64,000 bases of DNA from Naegleria gruberi. Lineage: Eukaryota. Position numbers and translations under genes: made by a program. Every line of letters begins with the position of its first letter. Position 1 is the stretch's first letter. Positions 1 through 11,487 of the stretch are shown here, one piece after another. The stretch is taken from assembly GCA_000004985.1 (NCBI GenBank), contig GG738869.1; one strand, given 5' to 3'. The notes under the pieces are model-generated. The model was not told the origin of the DNA and ran no database searches. It saw only the letters and a list, made by a program, of their open reading frames with translations.

Positions 1-1037
1 ATTTTGAGGGTATTCTTGAATAGTTCACTTTCGCATAATTTCATGATTGTTTGAGATTTGATAGGATTTTTTGAAAGATCTAGCTCTGTAAGCTTTTTAC
101 AACCACTGAACATATCTCCAACATCAGAGCAACTGATATAATTATCCCTCAACTTAAGAACCATTAAATTTGAAAAGGTTGGATTTTTACAAAGAATTTC
201 CAACGAATTCTTTACACAATTTCCTTCATTGTAATTTTGCATTACACTTGTAAAATCCAAATATGTTAAATTGGTCAAAGTTTGCGAATTTGCAAAGAAA
301 GAAACCATTTCATTTGTTAACCTATTCAATGAAATTGTCAATTTCTTTAACTTTTTCAAATGAGGACTTTTTGCCAATGCTTGAATTCCCAATAATTGAA
401 ATTTAGTAGCTGTTAAATTCAACTCTGATAAATTTTTACAAATTACTGCACTATTTACAAGTGAAATAACACCCTTATCTCCCAAATTATTCTCATTCAA
501 TTTCAAAAATTCCAATTTTGGGAAATTCTTATTTCTAGTAAATGGAATAATATTCACTGAATCCAATATATTGAAAGGAATATCCAAAATCCTCAAATTT
601 CTCAAAGTTTTACAAGATCCTAGAATGGAAGGTAAATTTTCATTTCGATCCCAAATTTCCAAATGATAAACTCCATTCAAATATTTGCATTTCAATATAT
701 TTTCAATATTCTTACTGCCAGATAATTTGATTGGTAGGGAACTACCTATTCTCAACCACTGACGACCCACCAGTACGAAACTTTTGAATAATTCAATGAA
801 ACTTTCGTCCGTGATGATATAACTAAAAATCTCTAAAAGGATATCATCAGCAAAAACTTGATGTTCATATAATTGATAATCTGTACGTGGTGATGTTGGT
901 GATGATGGCGATTCGCTGACATTTATTGCATTCTCTTCTGCATCTTCTTTAGTTTCATGTAAGTTAGAAATTTCGTCTACTTTCTTTTTTTCGGAAACAA
1001 CATTTCTATCATTAATTTTGCCTTTTGCATTTCCCAT
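1..1037 (-). CDS. F-box-like / leucine-rich-repeat (RNI-like) protein, 3' part cut by window edge; N-terminal MGNAKGK (possible N-myristoylation site)
   Basis: Reverse strand reads ATG at 1037..1035: MGNAKGKINDRN...; F-box-like stretch DDILLEIFSYI is followed by repeated ~24-aa LxxLxLxxN units (LRNLRILDI, LEFLKLNENNLGDKG, LSELNLTATK...). The ORF stays open to position 1 and is absent from the ORF track because it has no stop in the window. Confidence 0.6.
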   Translation of the reverse strand, partial: MGNAKGKINDRNVVSEKKKVDEISNLHETKEDAEENAINVSESPSSPTSPRTDYQLYEHQVFADDILLEIFSYIITDESFIELFKSFVLVGRQWLRIGSSLPIKLSGSKNIENILKCKYLNGVYHLEIWDRNENLPSILGSCKTLRNLRILDIPFNILDSVNIIPFTRNKNFPKLEFLKLNENNLGDKGVISLVNSAVICKNLSELNLTATKFQLLGIQALAKSPHLKKLKKLTISLNRLTNEMVSFFANSQTLTNLTYLDFTSVMQNYNEGNCVKNSLEILCKNPTFSNLMVLKLRDNYISCSDVGDMFSGCKKLTELDLSKNPIKSQTIMKLCESELFKNTLK

Positions 1038-1348
1038 TTTTTTTTCAGTATTCTACAAATATTATACCCTTCAATACTACCAACTAAAATCATCATCACA
1101 GCTCATCAAATAAATTTAAAATCATCATCACGAATATTCAATTTTCTGTGATGATGAACATCTACAGCGCTAAAAAATGAGCCGTTAAAACCAGAAAAAA
1201 GTTGAAATAAAAAAAATGGTAATGCACCACGGGTTGTAGAGAAGAGAACAATTTTCATATTTAAAACTTTAAAAACACAGCCGAGTCGAGTCTCTCTACC
1301 AAATATTTTGTACTTTACGGAATATAAGTTGTTTGTGCAAGTCATTCA

Positions 1349-2953
1349 ATGCCGCCACCACCACATCGTGAATCATCAACATCAACATCATTAATTAGAA
1401 ATACCTTACCTATTTGTATTAGTACTCATAATAATTTTAATAGCCGGAAACCTGAAATAACAATCATGGGTATTGGTTCATCTTCACCTACTCCACCTCC
1501 TTCAACCAACATCCCCATCAATAAGAAGAATTATTCAAAATCAACACCATCCACTTCATCACAGGTGTTATTATCAGTGAAAGAAAAAACAATTTCATTG
1601 CCACCACAGAAAACTAGTTTTACTTCGACGACAACAACAACATTTAAACCACAAAATGCAAAATTCAAGGAAATACCAATGAAACCTTTGAGTGAGTTGA
1701 AGAATATGCTTTCTTATTATGATGATTTCGGAAGTCTTTATTTCAACTCTAATTTAATCAAAGACTATGCAAAGGAAATAACAATTTTATTGACATATTC
1801 CATACATAATGAATACATTTCTAATATCAAAGATAACCTTGATAAGGCACTTATCAAGTTCTTATCGATGGATGGACATGCAAAAAACAATAACGATATA
1901 GAAGAGTTTTTGGATGATTTCAAGTCACTTCATTTACAATGTTTCAAAATTCAAAAAGCTACCGAGGAGAAACAATCTGCAAATTATCTGCATTTATTCA
2001 CACAAACAGTTGCTAAAAACCACGACATGTCAATATCGGATTTAATTGGTTGTGTAAAGAAATTTGCGGACGAATTACCAAAATATACTGAGCTGCATGC
2101 AAGATCTAAGAAAAAGAGGAAAATAGATGTAGTGTCGGATGAAAAAACAGAATGTATAACGAGGATGAATGAATCCCTGACGAGGGCTGAAAAGTATATG
2201 AAAAAGTCCAAGACTGAAATTACCGATTATGCATCACATTTACTGGATGTTGCTCCTTCACCTACTGTTCAATTTCATACCCATTCCACGGAAGAGTGTG
2301 ACAAGTTTTTATTTCCATTCAGAGGGGATGTATTGGAATTGGATAAATATCAGTATCCAACACTATTTGAATGGTCTCAAGAAACTAAATTACATATGCA
2401 ACAAGATCTGAGTGGAAAAATCTCCTCTTTTGGAGTACCTTCAATAGAGAAGGGCATGGAATTTTGTGTGAGATTTACATGTGAACAACTTTCTCCAAAA
2501 GTAACTGGAAAACCTCTCCCTGTACATTTACAAAAACTATTGAATTATTTTGATGAAATTGATTCTCTATCTAATACAATAACAGACAATGAAACTTCTA
2601 AGAATACAAGACACATTGCTGACGTTTCTGATTTAATTCTGCACGATCCTGTGGAAAATAAGATGAAATTAATGCACCCCTACTACCAATATTACTACTA
2701 TCACTACTATCTTTCACTTTACAACTCATTTGAGAATGAAAAACCAGAATCAGAAGAGAATCCATTCCTGAGTATGGCTCCTCCTAAAACAAAACCTCTC
2801 AATCGTCCACTATTTGGAAAGAGAGTAAGAAATATGAGAAATGCTCATCCTGACGAAACTCCCACACTCGAATCTTTTCCCTCTTTTGAATTTGGATTTC
2901 CCTATAATTTATCTAGGAATAATTTACAAACAGATCAAGGACATACTCACTAA
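1349..2953 (+). CDS. hypothetical Ser/Thr/Pro-rich protein (534 aa), no recognisable domain
   Basis: Long uninterrupted ORF starting at ATG 1349; low-complexity N-terminus (PPPPHRESSTSTS), YYQYYYYHYY run, basic KKKRK stretch; TAA stop. Confidence 0.45.
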   Translation: MPPPPHRESSTSTSLIRNTLPICISTHNNFNSRKPEITIMGIGSSSPTPPPSTNIPINKKNYSKSTPSTSSQVLLSVKEKTISLPPQKTSFTSTTTTTFKPQNAKFKEIPMKPLSELKNMLSYYDDFGSLYFNSNLIKDYAKEITILLTYSIHNEYISNIKDNLDKALIKFLSMDGHAKNNNDIEEFLDDFKSLHLQCFKIQKATEEKQSANYLHLFTQTVAKNHDMSISDLIGCVKKFADELPKYTELHARSKKKRKIDVVSDEKTECITRMNESLTRAEKYMKKSKTEITDYASHLLDVAPSPTVQFHTHSTEECDKFLFPFRGDVLELDKYQYPTLFEWSQETKLHMQQDLSGKISSFGVPSIEKGMEFCVRFTCEQLSPKVTGKPLPVHLQKLLNYFDEIDSLSNTITDNETSKNTRHIADVSDLILHDPVENKMKLMHPYYQYYYYHYYLSLYNSFENEKPESEENPFLSMAPPKTKPLNRPLFGKRVRNMRNAHPDETPTLESFPSFEFGFPYNLSRNNLQTDQGHTH

Positions 2954-3212
2954 ATTATTATAAACATATTTGTAAATATTATTTTTCATGAGTTGTGAAT
3001 CTGTTTCATTTAAAACATAAAATTTTGCTTTTAAATTTGGCGCCAAAGCATTTCTTGCTAACACAAGAATTTAAAAAAATACTCAACACAACTTCCACTA
3101 AAAACCATCATCACACTTTCAGAGTTTTACTTTGATAAACATTTTTATTCCGAACAAGTCAACACTCTTTGAAGAACTCACACTTAAATAATTAGTGGAT
3201 AATTATTTCGAG

Positions 3213-6200
3213 ATGAGCTCCCACATAGTAACATTGAATACTCAAGAGGTTAGAGAAAGAAACAAGAATCGGAATGATAAACCAAAAGAAATTGAACAAA
3301 GAAATCCGTTTTACGACCAAGGACAAAGTTTGATCAGGTCCAGTCTAATGAAACTTCAACAGGAAGAAATTAATACTTATGAATTCAAGTATTTTTCGAA
3401 CAAACCAAAGAAGGTTTTCAGTACATCGTTTAGTATATCTTTGAGAAATGATATTTTACGGTTTTCAGGAGAGGACACTCTTTTTACACCAACATTTTTA
3501 GGAAAAAGAATGACTGAGGATGAATCATCAGATGAATCATCTGAGGAAGGTACAAAGATAATTATTGAAGTAGGCAGTAGTAGTGACGAAGAAGAGGAAT
3601 TTGCATTTAATGAAACAGAAGTTGATGGTCGACCAATTATGGAAGCAATGGATTATAGCAGTACTAGTGGATCAGATGAAGAGGAAAGCGAAGAAGAAGG
3701 AACAAGTGAAAGTGATGAAGAAACAATATCTAGGACTAGTAGGAAACGCACTCTTGATGAAAGAGTAACCTATCCAACCTATGATAGAGACTCATTCAAA
3801 TTCACTCCTATTCAGACTAGTGAGGAATTGTATCAGGAACTTACCTTAAAGGATTACCAATTGGAAGCCATCAACTTTTTATTCAATAATTACTGTGAAA
3901 ATAGGCCATCCTGTCTTGCCCATGAAATGGGTTTAGGAAAAACAATTATATCACTTTCAACACTAAACATAATGTACAAGAAATTAGGAGTATTTGGACC
4001 ATTTTTGATAGTTGTACCTTTAATTACTTTGCCTAACTGGGAAAGAGAGGCAAAGAAATGGTTGCCTCAATTTAAATGTCATACAGCTTGGGGAACTGCT
4101 GTAAATGGCACCAAAGCTAAAGCTCTTGAAGACACATCTAAATTATATTCTGAATCAGTATCTGAACAGACCCCTTTACTTGTATTGACGACATACGAAT
4201 TTTTGAAAGAAACTACTGTGACCAGAAAAAAATGGGCTTGTGTTATTTTCGATGAAGCTCACAAACTCAAATCTCAAAAAACTCAAGCAAGAAAAAACGC
4301 TGAGAAATTGAAGAAGGAATATTTTTTTCTTTTAACTGGTACTCCAATGCAGAATTCTCCAGAAGAGCTATGGAGCTTGTTGAATTTACTGGATCCCCGA
4401 GCGTTTCCTAGCTATAAGTTATTTGAGGAAAAATATGGAGAGTTGGAGACCGAAACTGCTATTACAAACCTTAAAACAGCAATTGCACCTTACTTGATAA
4501 GAAAGACGAAAGCACAAGTTTTGCATGCAGAAATGCCACCAAAAGAAGAAATCCTTATTGAAATTGAATTGAGTTCAATTCAAAAGTCTGTATATAGAGC
4601 TATTGTTGAGAGAAAAGTGAACTTTTTTAGAAAACAGTTTGCCTCTAAACAAGATTTAACATACATTGTAAATAGTCTGAGATATTGTTGCAATCACCCT
4701 TGTCTCATATCTGGAATGGAAGAATATCTGAGAGATGAACAAAAACGTGATGATAAGGGTATTCTCATTTATAGCTCTTCTAAAATGGTTGTGGTTCACA
4801 AACTTCTTAAGAAATTTAGGGATGCCAATGAAAAGACATTGATACTCTCTCAATTTTTGGAAATGTTGGATGTTTTGGAAAGTTATTTACAATCAGAACA
4901 AATATCATATGTTAGAATAGATGGATCTTGCCCTTCAGAGGAACGACAACGTTACATTGACAAATTTCAAACAGATTCTGAATGTAGAGTTTTTCTACTC
5001 TCTACCAAAATAAGTCAAGGTATTAATTTAACAGCTGCAAATCATGTGATTATTTATGACTCTGATTTTAATCCTTTCAACGATTCACAAGCAGCAGCAA
5101 GAGCTCATAGAATAGGTCAAACAAAGAAAGTATTTGTTTACAGATTGGTAACAAAGGATTCCTATGAAAAATATATTATTTCTAGGGCTAGTAAAAAGTT
5201 AGGAAGAGAAAAATTAGTTTTGGCAGAATCAGATAAATCAGATGAAGATATTACTGCAGAAGAAATGCAGAGAATGATAAAATATGGAGTCTACTCACTG
5301 TTTTTGAATAAGGAACAAAATATCAATAAGGACAATGAATTGATGAACACAGATATTGATAAGATTCTGGAAAGATCCAGTAAAATTGGAGTTGAAGGAG
5401 AAGAGGATGGTTCCTTAGTAGATGTTATTAATCGAGTTACTGGTAATGATAAATCAATAGAAAAACAAACATCGAACGAGGTTATTAAGAGTGTATACTT
5501 TGTTCCCGTAGAGGAGGTTAGTGATGTTGCATTAGATGATCCAAACTTTTGGGATAAGACATTTCCTGATTACTGTGACATTTATACACTGGAATCCAGA
5601 TTAGAAAATGTTAAACCATTTGAAGCTCATGAATTTGAGAGCTATTTCAAAAAATTGGTCCATGTTGCGACCGAATCTATCAATAGAAGACAAAAGGTTT
5701 CTGAAGAGACAGAGAAGCTCTCTCGAGTTGTTGAAGAAGACAAAAGAGGCTTGCCAACAAAAAATCAATTACATACTTTTTTACTCAAACTTAACTCTCA
5801 AAGATACAATCACCACTATCACAGTCTACAAAAAGATCACCTAGACCAAGTTCAGAAATGGATAGATCAACTAGAAACAAAAACTCTTAGAAATAAGAAA
5901 GTGTGGGCTTCTAGTTCAGATAACATTAAGAAGCAGGAAAAAAGATCTTCATCCAATGTTAATGATCATTTAGATTCTGATGCTGAGTTTGATGGATCAG
6001 ATAGTGATGATGGAGATAATACTGATGACGAATTTGAGTGTGACCAGAATGAATTGGTGAGAGAATCTGAAAGTTTACATAACATTAATATCAAGACTGC
6101 ACCTCCCAAAAAGAAACAGAAAACAACCCGTAGTAATAGAGGTATTCGAGAGAAGTCTTCTGAAAATGAATCAGAAAGACCACACAAAAAACCAACAACT

Positions 6201-6383
6201 CATAAGAAAGAACTCAAGTTTGAAAAAAGTCAAGTTTCAAATCATTTACCTCCACCAACAACAAGACAGGACACAATGAAACAGCAACCAACAACAGGTT
6301 TTTGGCCCAGCCATATGCAGAACACTCCTCTTCAATTGTTTCATCCAGTGGAAGCTCCTCTACAAATCCTTGTTCAGCACTAA
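3213..6383 (+). CDS. SNF2-family chromatin-remodelling ATPase (DEXH helicase N-lobe plus helicase C-lobe)
   Basis: Motifs LKDYQLEAINFL, GLGKT (Walker A), DEAH, LLTGTPMQNSPEELWSLLNLLDP, helicase-C block QAAARAHRIGQTKKVFVYRL. First ATG in frame is 3213; the track ORF begins at an upstream GTG at 3195. Confidence 0.85.
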   Translation: MSSHIVTLNTQEVRERNKNRNDKPKEIEQRNPFYDQGQSLIRSSLMKLQQEEINTYEFKYFSNKPKKVFSTSFSISLRNDILRFSGEDTLFTPTFLGKRMTEDESSDESSEEGTKIIIEVGSSSDEEEEFAFNETEVDGRPIMEAMDYSSTSGSDEEESEEEGTSESDEETISRTSRKRTLDERVTYPTYDRDSFKFTPIQTSEELYQELTLKDYQLEAINFLFNNYCENRPSCLAHEMGLGKTIISLSTLNIMYKKLGVFGPFLIVVPLITLPNWEREAKKWLPQFKCHTAWGTAVNGTKAKALEDTSKLYSESVSEQTPLLVLTTYEFLKETTVTRKKWACVIFDEAHKLKSQKTQARKNAEKLKKEYFFLLTGTPMQNSPEELWSLLNLLDPRAFPSYKLFEEKYGELETETAITNLKTAIAPYLIRKTKAQVLHAEMPPKEEILIEIELSSIQKSVYRAIVERKVNFFRKQFASKQDLTYIVNSLRYCCNHPCLISGMEEYLRDEQKRDDKGILIYSSSKMVVVHKLLKKFRDANEKTLILSQFLEMLDVLESYLQSEQISYVRIDGSCPSEERQRYIDKFQTDSECRVFLLSTKISQGINLTAANHVIIYDSDFNPFNDSQAAARAHRIGQTKKVFVYRLVTKDSYEKYIISRASKKLGREKLVLAESDKSDEDITAEEMQRMIKYGVYSLFLNKEQNINKDNELMNTDIDKILERSSKIGVEGEEDGSLVDVINRVTGNDKSIEKQTSNEVIKSVYFVPVEEVSDVALDDPNFWDKTFPDYCDIYTLESRLENVKPFEAHEFESYFKKLVHVATESINRRQKVSEETEKLSRVVEEDKRGLPTKNQLHTFLLKLNSQRYNHHYHSLQKDHLDQVQKWIDQLETKTLRNKKVWASSSDNIKKQEKRSSSNVNDHLDSDAEFDGSDSDDGDNTDDEFECDQNELVRESESLHNINIKTAPPKKKQKTTRSNRGIREKSSENESERPHKKPTTHKKELKFEKSQVSNHLPPPTTRQDTMKQQPTTGFWPSHMQNTPLQLFHPVEAPLQILVQH

Positions 6384-7897
6384 GTGCTAATAATCAACAA
6401 CCAGCTCAAATAGTAAATGCTCAAAGCCCAGCCACGAACCAAACAAATAGACAAAGGAGAACAAACAAGAAACCAACACAAACTCAACCAGTTCCACAAC
6501 AAGCAAGCTCTTCGAACACACCAACAAACCAAACACATGGTTACCCCTTACTGCCACCAACAAGTAATCAACCTTCAATAATGTTTGGTCATCCAAATTA
6601 TAGGGAACAACCACCAAGTCAACCATTGGTCTCACTAACAACTCTTTCACCTGAAATACTTAGTCGTCTATCTCAAGCACTACAAACTGTTCCGAAGCCT
6701 ATTCTACAACCACAATCAACCAATAGTTACCAAAAACTTGTAGCTCAACAACAACAGCCAACTTACCTAAAATCCACAACACCAAATCCTCCAAAAAATG
6801 TTCCAACACTTGGTCAGCAACAAATGGGCATACCACAACCAACAACAACAAAATTAATGGATCATTTAGCACATACTCAAATGCCTCCAACTCAAAAACC
6901 TCCCCAACCAGTGGCAAGCTCCTCTACAATCAGAGCTAATAATCAACAACCAGCCCAAACAGCACGTCTATCAAGTGTGTCATCCTCATTTAATCACCAT
7001 AGTACCACCCAATCACAAAATCAAATACATAATCCAACACCACAACCATTTTCGACCGATTTCGATTTGGGTGATCGTAGAACAAATCAGCCAACACATG
7101 GTCGTCCAGTACCATTCAATTATCAACCACCAATGAATCAGAATGCTAGTTATCCAACAACAGAACAATCTACAAATTTGTTCCGTGACGTTAGACAGAA
7201 TCCTGCTTCATTCCAACAAATGGTACAAACAATGAATTTGAACACTATTAAGGCATTAGGTGTACAATATTTAAGATACCTTTCAGCCTTAAAAAGTAAC
7301 TATTGGGGTAATGACAAGCAACAACTGGTTTCGAATTGTATCAATCTGTTGACCATCATCAAGACGCAATGCAACAAGATTGTTTCACAACAGCAGCAGC
7401 AACAGCAACAACAAAACAATCCATACAATAATCCTTTCCATACAAATCCATTTCCTCCTCAAAATGTCAACAATATTCCAACAACTACAAATACTTCTAC
7501 CTATCAAGCATATTACACACAAAGTACGCAAAGGGACGGCACAAGAACAATGACCTCTACCACTACTACAACCTTCCAAAATACACCCCTCCATAATCTA
7601 TCAATGATACCTAACAATCCAAATACTGCACTTCAAACACAACACCAACAGCACGGCCGTGTAGGCATTGAATACTATAGGTCAATAATTTCACAAGCCA
7701 ATAATCAAACTGCTCAATCTTCAACAATGACCCGAGTTCAAACCACCTCTTCACCAATCAACAATAACACAACAACACTCCAACTACCTCCCCAACCAAC
7801 AACGTCGACATCTTCCTCTACAGTAGTACAACCGTCCTTGGTTGACTTAAATGATAATACAGACTATATCAATAACTGGTTCAACTTTGAACATTAA
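6302..7897 (+). CDS. Gln/Asn/Pro/Thr-rich low-complexity (prion-like) ORF; 5' end unresolved; may be the C-terminal extension of the SNF2 gene
   Basis: ORF is open from 6302, where it overlaps the SNF2 ORF by 82 nt in another frame; first in-frame ATG only at 6581. Contains a poly-Q run of 9 residues (QQQQQQQQQ) near 7385 and is Q/N/P/T-rich throughout. Confidence 0.4.
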   Translation: MAQPYAEHSSSIVSSSGSSSTNPCSALSANNQQPAQIVNAQSPATNQTNRQRRTNKKPTQTQPVPQQASSSNTPTNQTHGYPLLPPTSNQPSIMFGHPNYREQPPSQPLVSLTTLSPEILSRLSQALQTVPKPILQPQSTNSYQKLVAQQQQPTYLKSTTPNPPKNVPTLGQQQMGIPQPTTTKLMDHLAHTQMPPTQKPPQPVASSSTIRANNQQPAQTARLSSVSSSFNHHSTTQSQNQIHNPTPQPFSTDFDLGDRRTNQPTHGRPVPFNYQPPMNQNASYPTTEQSTNLFRDVRQNPASFQQMVQTMNLNTIKALGVQYLRYLSALKSNYWGNDKQQLVSNCINLLTIIKTQCNKIVSQQQQQQQQQNNPYNNPFHTNPFPPQNVNNIPTTTNTSTYQAYYTQSTQRDGTRTMTSTTTTTFQNTPLHNLSMIPNNPNTALQTQHQQHGRVGIEYYRSIISQANNQTAQSSTMTRVQTTSSPINNNTTTLQLPPQPTTSTSSSTVVQPSLVDLNDNTDYINNWFNFEH

Positions 7898-8566
7898 TAC
7901 TGGGATAAAGAATATTTTGAGTATTGTTTATAATATGTAATATAATCGTTATTTGCTCATTGGTAAGTTTGGGAATAGTACTTTCATCTGAAGAGATATC
8001 ACTTGCTTTCTTCAATTCATGCTTTACTATGATGTTCTCCTTCCTGTGTGTTTTATATAAAGGATTCTTTATCTTAGTAAATAAGCACAACTAAATATTA
8101 TGCAGAAGTTGAAAAACAAGCCGAGAATTTGAAAGTGCTCAATTATCAAGTCACAATATTTTTCTTCAACACTATACGAATGTTTCCCGTAATGGACATT
8201 TGCAAGCCATTGATAGTACTTTTTCCAAGAACATTTCTACATCGAATGAAACATATCTTACTCAGTAACGGCCCTTAGTTGACTTTTCAAATGATAACAC
8301 AAAATCAACTTGAACAGTATTTGTGTGAAATAGGTACTCATGGCTTCTAATTCAACTCCTTGGTTCTGTCCGTAAATAAGGAATTCAAAGATGAACAATT
8401 AGATTGTCTACTCTTGACACATAACGTATAATTAGAACTTGAATTAGAACCTGATCAACAATATTATTAAAAAAATTCCTAGAGTAAATCTTCTCCGTGA
8501 TAGCAAATACATCATCAAAAAACAACAACACGTGTTCTTTACTCTCTGAAACAAACTGTACATAAA

Positions 8567-11197
8567 ATGTCTTACTTCAAGCCTTTGGAAATTAAGAGTA
8601 TTTTGACTAAAAAGACTGACCAATTGGATCTTGTCAGACCATTAACAAAATTTATTTCGATACAATATGGAGAACATATTTTGAAAGATTATGAAACTCC
8701 AATCTCTGCCCTTCAACAACGTAGAAATGAAATGAGAAATTTACAAGAGAAGAGTGAAGGATCAAGGGATTTATGTATTAGGTAAGGTTATTGTTCCGAT
8801 GACAATATTTATTAATATTATTATTATTTCGTGATTAGATATGCTGTTGATATGATGCAAGTTGCTAGCCATTTCCCAATTGATACAGGTGTTCAACGTA
8901 TACAAGTACAATTCTCTTGGTATGACAGTCTTAGTCGTGCTAGAACAACACAAGGAAATTCAAATTTTGAAATTGCAAACGTTTTATTTAATAGTGCTGT
9001 TTTATCTCATCAACTTGGTACATCACAAAATAGAAATTCCGAAGAGGGTTGTTTGGAAGCAGCCAAACACTTCCAAAGTGCTGCCGGAATGTTTACCTAT
9101 ATTCAAAAGAAGGTGTGTCCAAATATTGTAGAAAAACTTAATCAAGATTTAACAAACGAAGCTTTGGAAGCATTAGTTTTAATTTGCTTAGCCAATGCTC
9201 AACAATGTATTTGCGAAAAAGCTCACAAGAAGAATATGAAAGGAGCAATTTTATCAAAGTTATATATGGGTGCTAGTCATAGTTACAAGCTTGCTGCTGA
9301 AGTTATTGATGCCTCCAACACTACAAAGAATCTCTTTGACAAGACATGGAAGTCCTATCTCAGATTTTGTCAACACTACTTTGAAGCTTTGGCATCCTAT
9401 CTTATTGCTTTAGATCTTCATGAGGAAATGTGCATTGGCAAGGAAATTACAAGAATTATCCATGCTCAAAATTGTCTTGTTGATTGTTCCGAGCAAAGAG
9501 TGACTGGTAATTTAAAGCTTGTTATGGATGAATTGGATCAAGTACTCAACAATTTGTTAAAGACTGCTCAACATGAAAATTCAAAGATTTATCACGATCG
9601 TGTTCCTGAATTGAAGGATTTGGAACTTGTTGAAGCCAAGACAATGTCAAAGATTCAAGAAGTTAATGAAATTTCCGATTTATTGAAGGAAAAGATTGCT
9701 GATCCATTCTTTAACCTCTTCCCTATTCCAGTTATGGAAGCCAAGCAAAAGTATGAAGAAAATATCAAGAAGAGAATGAATGAAGTTTTTGTTCAAGCTC
9801 GTCAACATCGTGAATATATTAGAAATGAACTTTCAAAGATGGGACTCCCTGGATCAATTTTGATGGTTGACCAAAAGTCAGGATTCCCAGATGAGGTTCA
9901 CCACAAGATCTCCAAGATCAACTTGGAAGGAGGTATCAATAGATTATTTGAATTGAAGCAAACATTGGATGAAATGTCTGGTGAAACCAAGAATCAACTC
10001 GATTCCATCACTAAAAAGCTCGATGAAGAACAAAAGGAAGATGATGAATGTCGTATGCAATACGGAGCTAACAGATGGCCAAGATTGGAAAGCGCCAAGC
10101 TTACTAGCAATTTGAGAAAGCAAATAACTGACTATCAACAAAAGCTGAAGATTGCCATCAACTCTGATAGTTTGATTGATAAGAAGATTTCTGAAAACTC
10201 TGAAGGATTCAAATGGTTCTCTCTCGATAGTAAGACTTTGAATGACAAGATGCCACAAAGTCTCTCTCAAATCATGGAACCAAGCTCACAATTTGGCAAG
10301 TCATATTCTGACCTCAAGTTATATTTGGCACAACTTGACGATATTCTTGAACAAGAACTTGCCATTGAGTCCAACATTTCCAATTCATTCAAATTACAAG
10401 ATAAGGAGATTGAACTCAAACTTTTAGCTTCTCAAAGTAATTTGGAATCTTCTGTACAACAATTATTACAAGAACAAGAAGCCAAGTTTAAGGAACTTTT
10501 GGTTGATTTCCCACAAAAAGAAAATACCTATCTCCAATCCATTCAAGAAGCAAACAGAACTTTTGAACAACACAAGTCTCAAAATTCTATTCAAAGTCAA
10601 AGAGAACAAATTTTACAATTCATTTACAATGCTATCAACAAGTATAATGAAATTAGTGCCAATTTGCAAGAAGGTATCAATTTTTATACAACAATGCAAG
10701 AAATTACCAAGAAACTTGCTAATCGTATTGATGACTTTGTTTTTGCCAGAAGAACAGAAAAACAAGATATTATGGTCAATATTCAACAACAAATTAGTGG
10801 TGTTACAATTGATCCACAATATAATTATTCCTCTTCACAACAACCAAAACCAGTCCATGGTTCAAACACTCCTGTATATTCATCATCCACTATAACTTCT
10901 CAACCAACAACCACCAATACAACCAGCTCATCGCAATACCAACCTCAATATCAATACCAACCAAACGCTTATCAACAACCACCACAACAATATCAACCAC
11001 AAGTTGCCTACCAACAACAACCTCAATACCAACAAGCACAACCATATATGCAAGGAAGTGGTAGCTTTACTCAACCTCAATTCCAATACGTACAACAACA
11101 ACAACAACAACAACCTTACTACAATCCAAACGCTCAATACCAACAACAACAACAACCTTCGTATCAGAATCCTAATCAACCCCAATACAGAAGATAA
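8567..11197 (+). CDS. ALIX/Bro1-domain protein (BRO1 + V domain + Pro/Gln/Tyr-rich tail); 2 exons: 8567..8781, 8839..11197; intron 8782..8838 (57 nt)
   Basis: Exon 1 (MSYFKPLEIK...DLCI) and exon 2 (YAVDMMQVASHF...) align with ALIX, e.g. IYHDRVPELKDLE and the V-domain. The GT..AG intron restores the frame (ag + a = AGA Arg). C-terminal YxxP/QYQP repeats. Confidence 0.85.
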
Positions 11198-11487
11198 ATA
11201 AGCTCGTACCATATTAATATCAATTAAACCCATTAAACCGCACCAGTGTAGTCTCAATTAGCTCAATATTTTAATATCGTAATACATAATTACTAGCAAG
11301 AGAGAATAAATATTTTGTGGGTGCCGTGACCATTCCAAGACACGATACAATATCATCTCCTTTTTTCAGATTTCTGTCTCCTTCCAAAAAAGTCTTTGTT
11401 ATTGCACTTGAAGTACCAAGCTACTTTTTTCTAGCTAATTGCTTTTCCATTTACATCACAACAAAAAAACAACATAACATTCTCTTT

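Noticed and set aside
1106-1345. 79-aa minus-strand ORF between the LRR gene and the gene at 1349
   Set aside because: Lies in the divergent promoter region, low complexity, no support.
8771-9131. ORFs 8771..8953 (-) and 8862..9131 (+) overlapping the start of ALIX exon 2
   Set aside because: Alternative-frame or antisense ORFs within a well-supported BRO1-domain coding exon.
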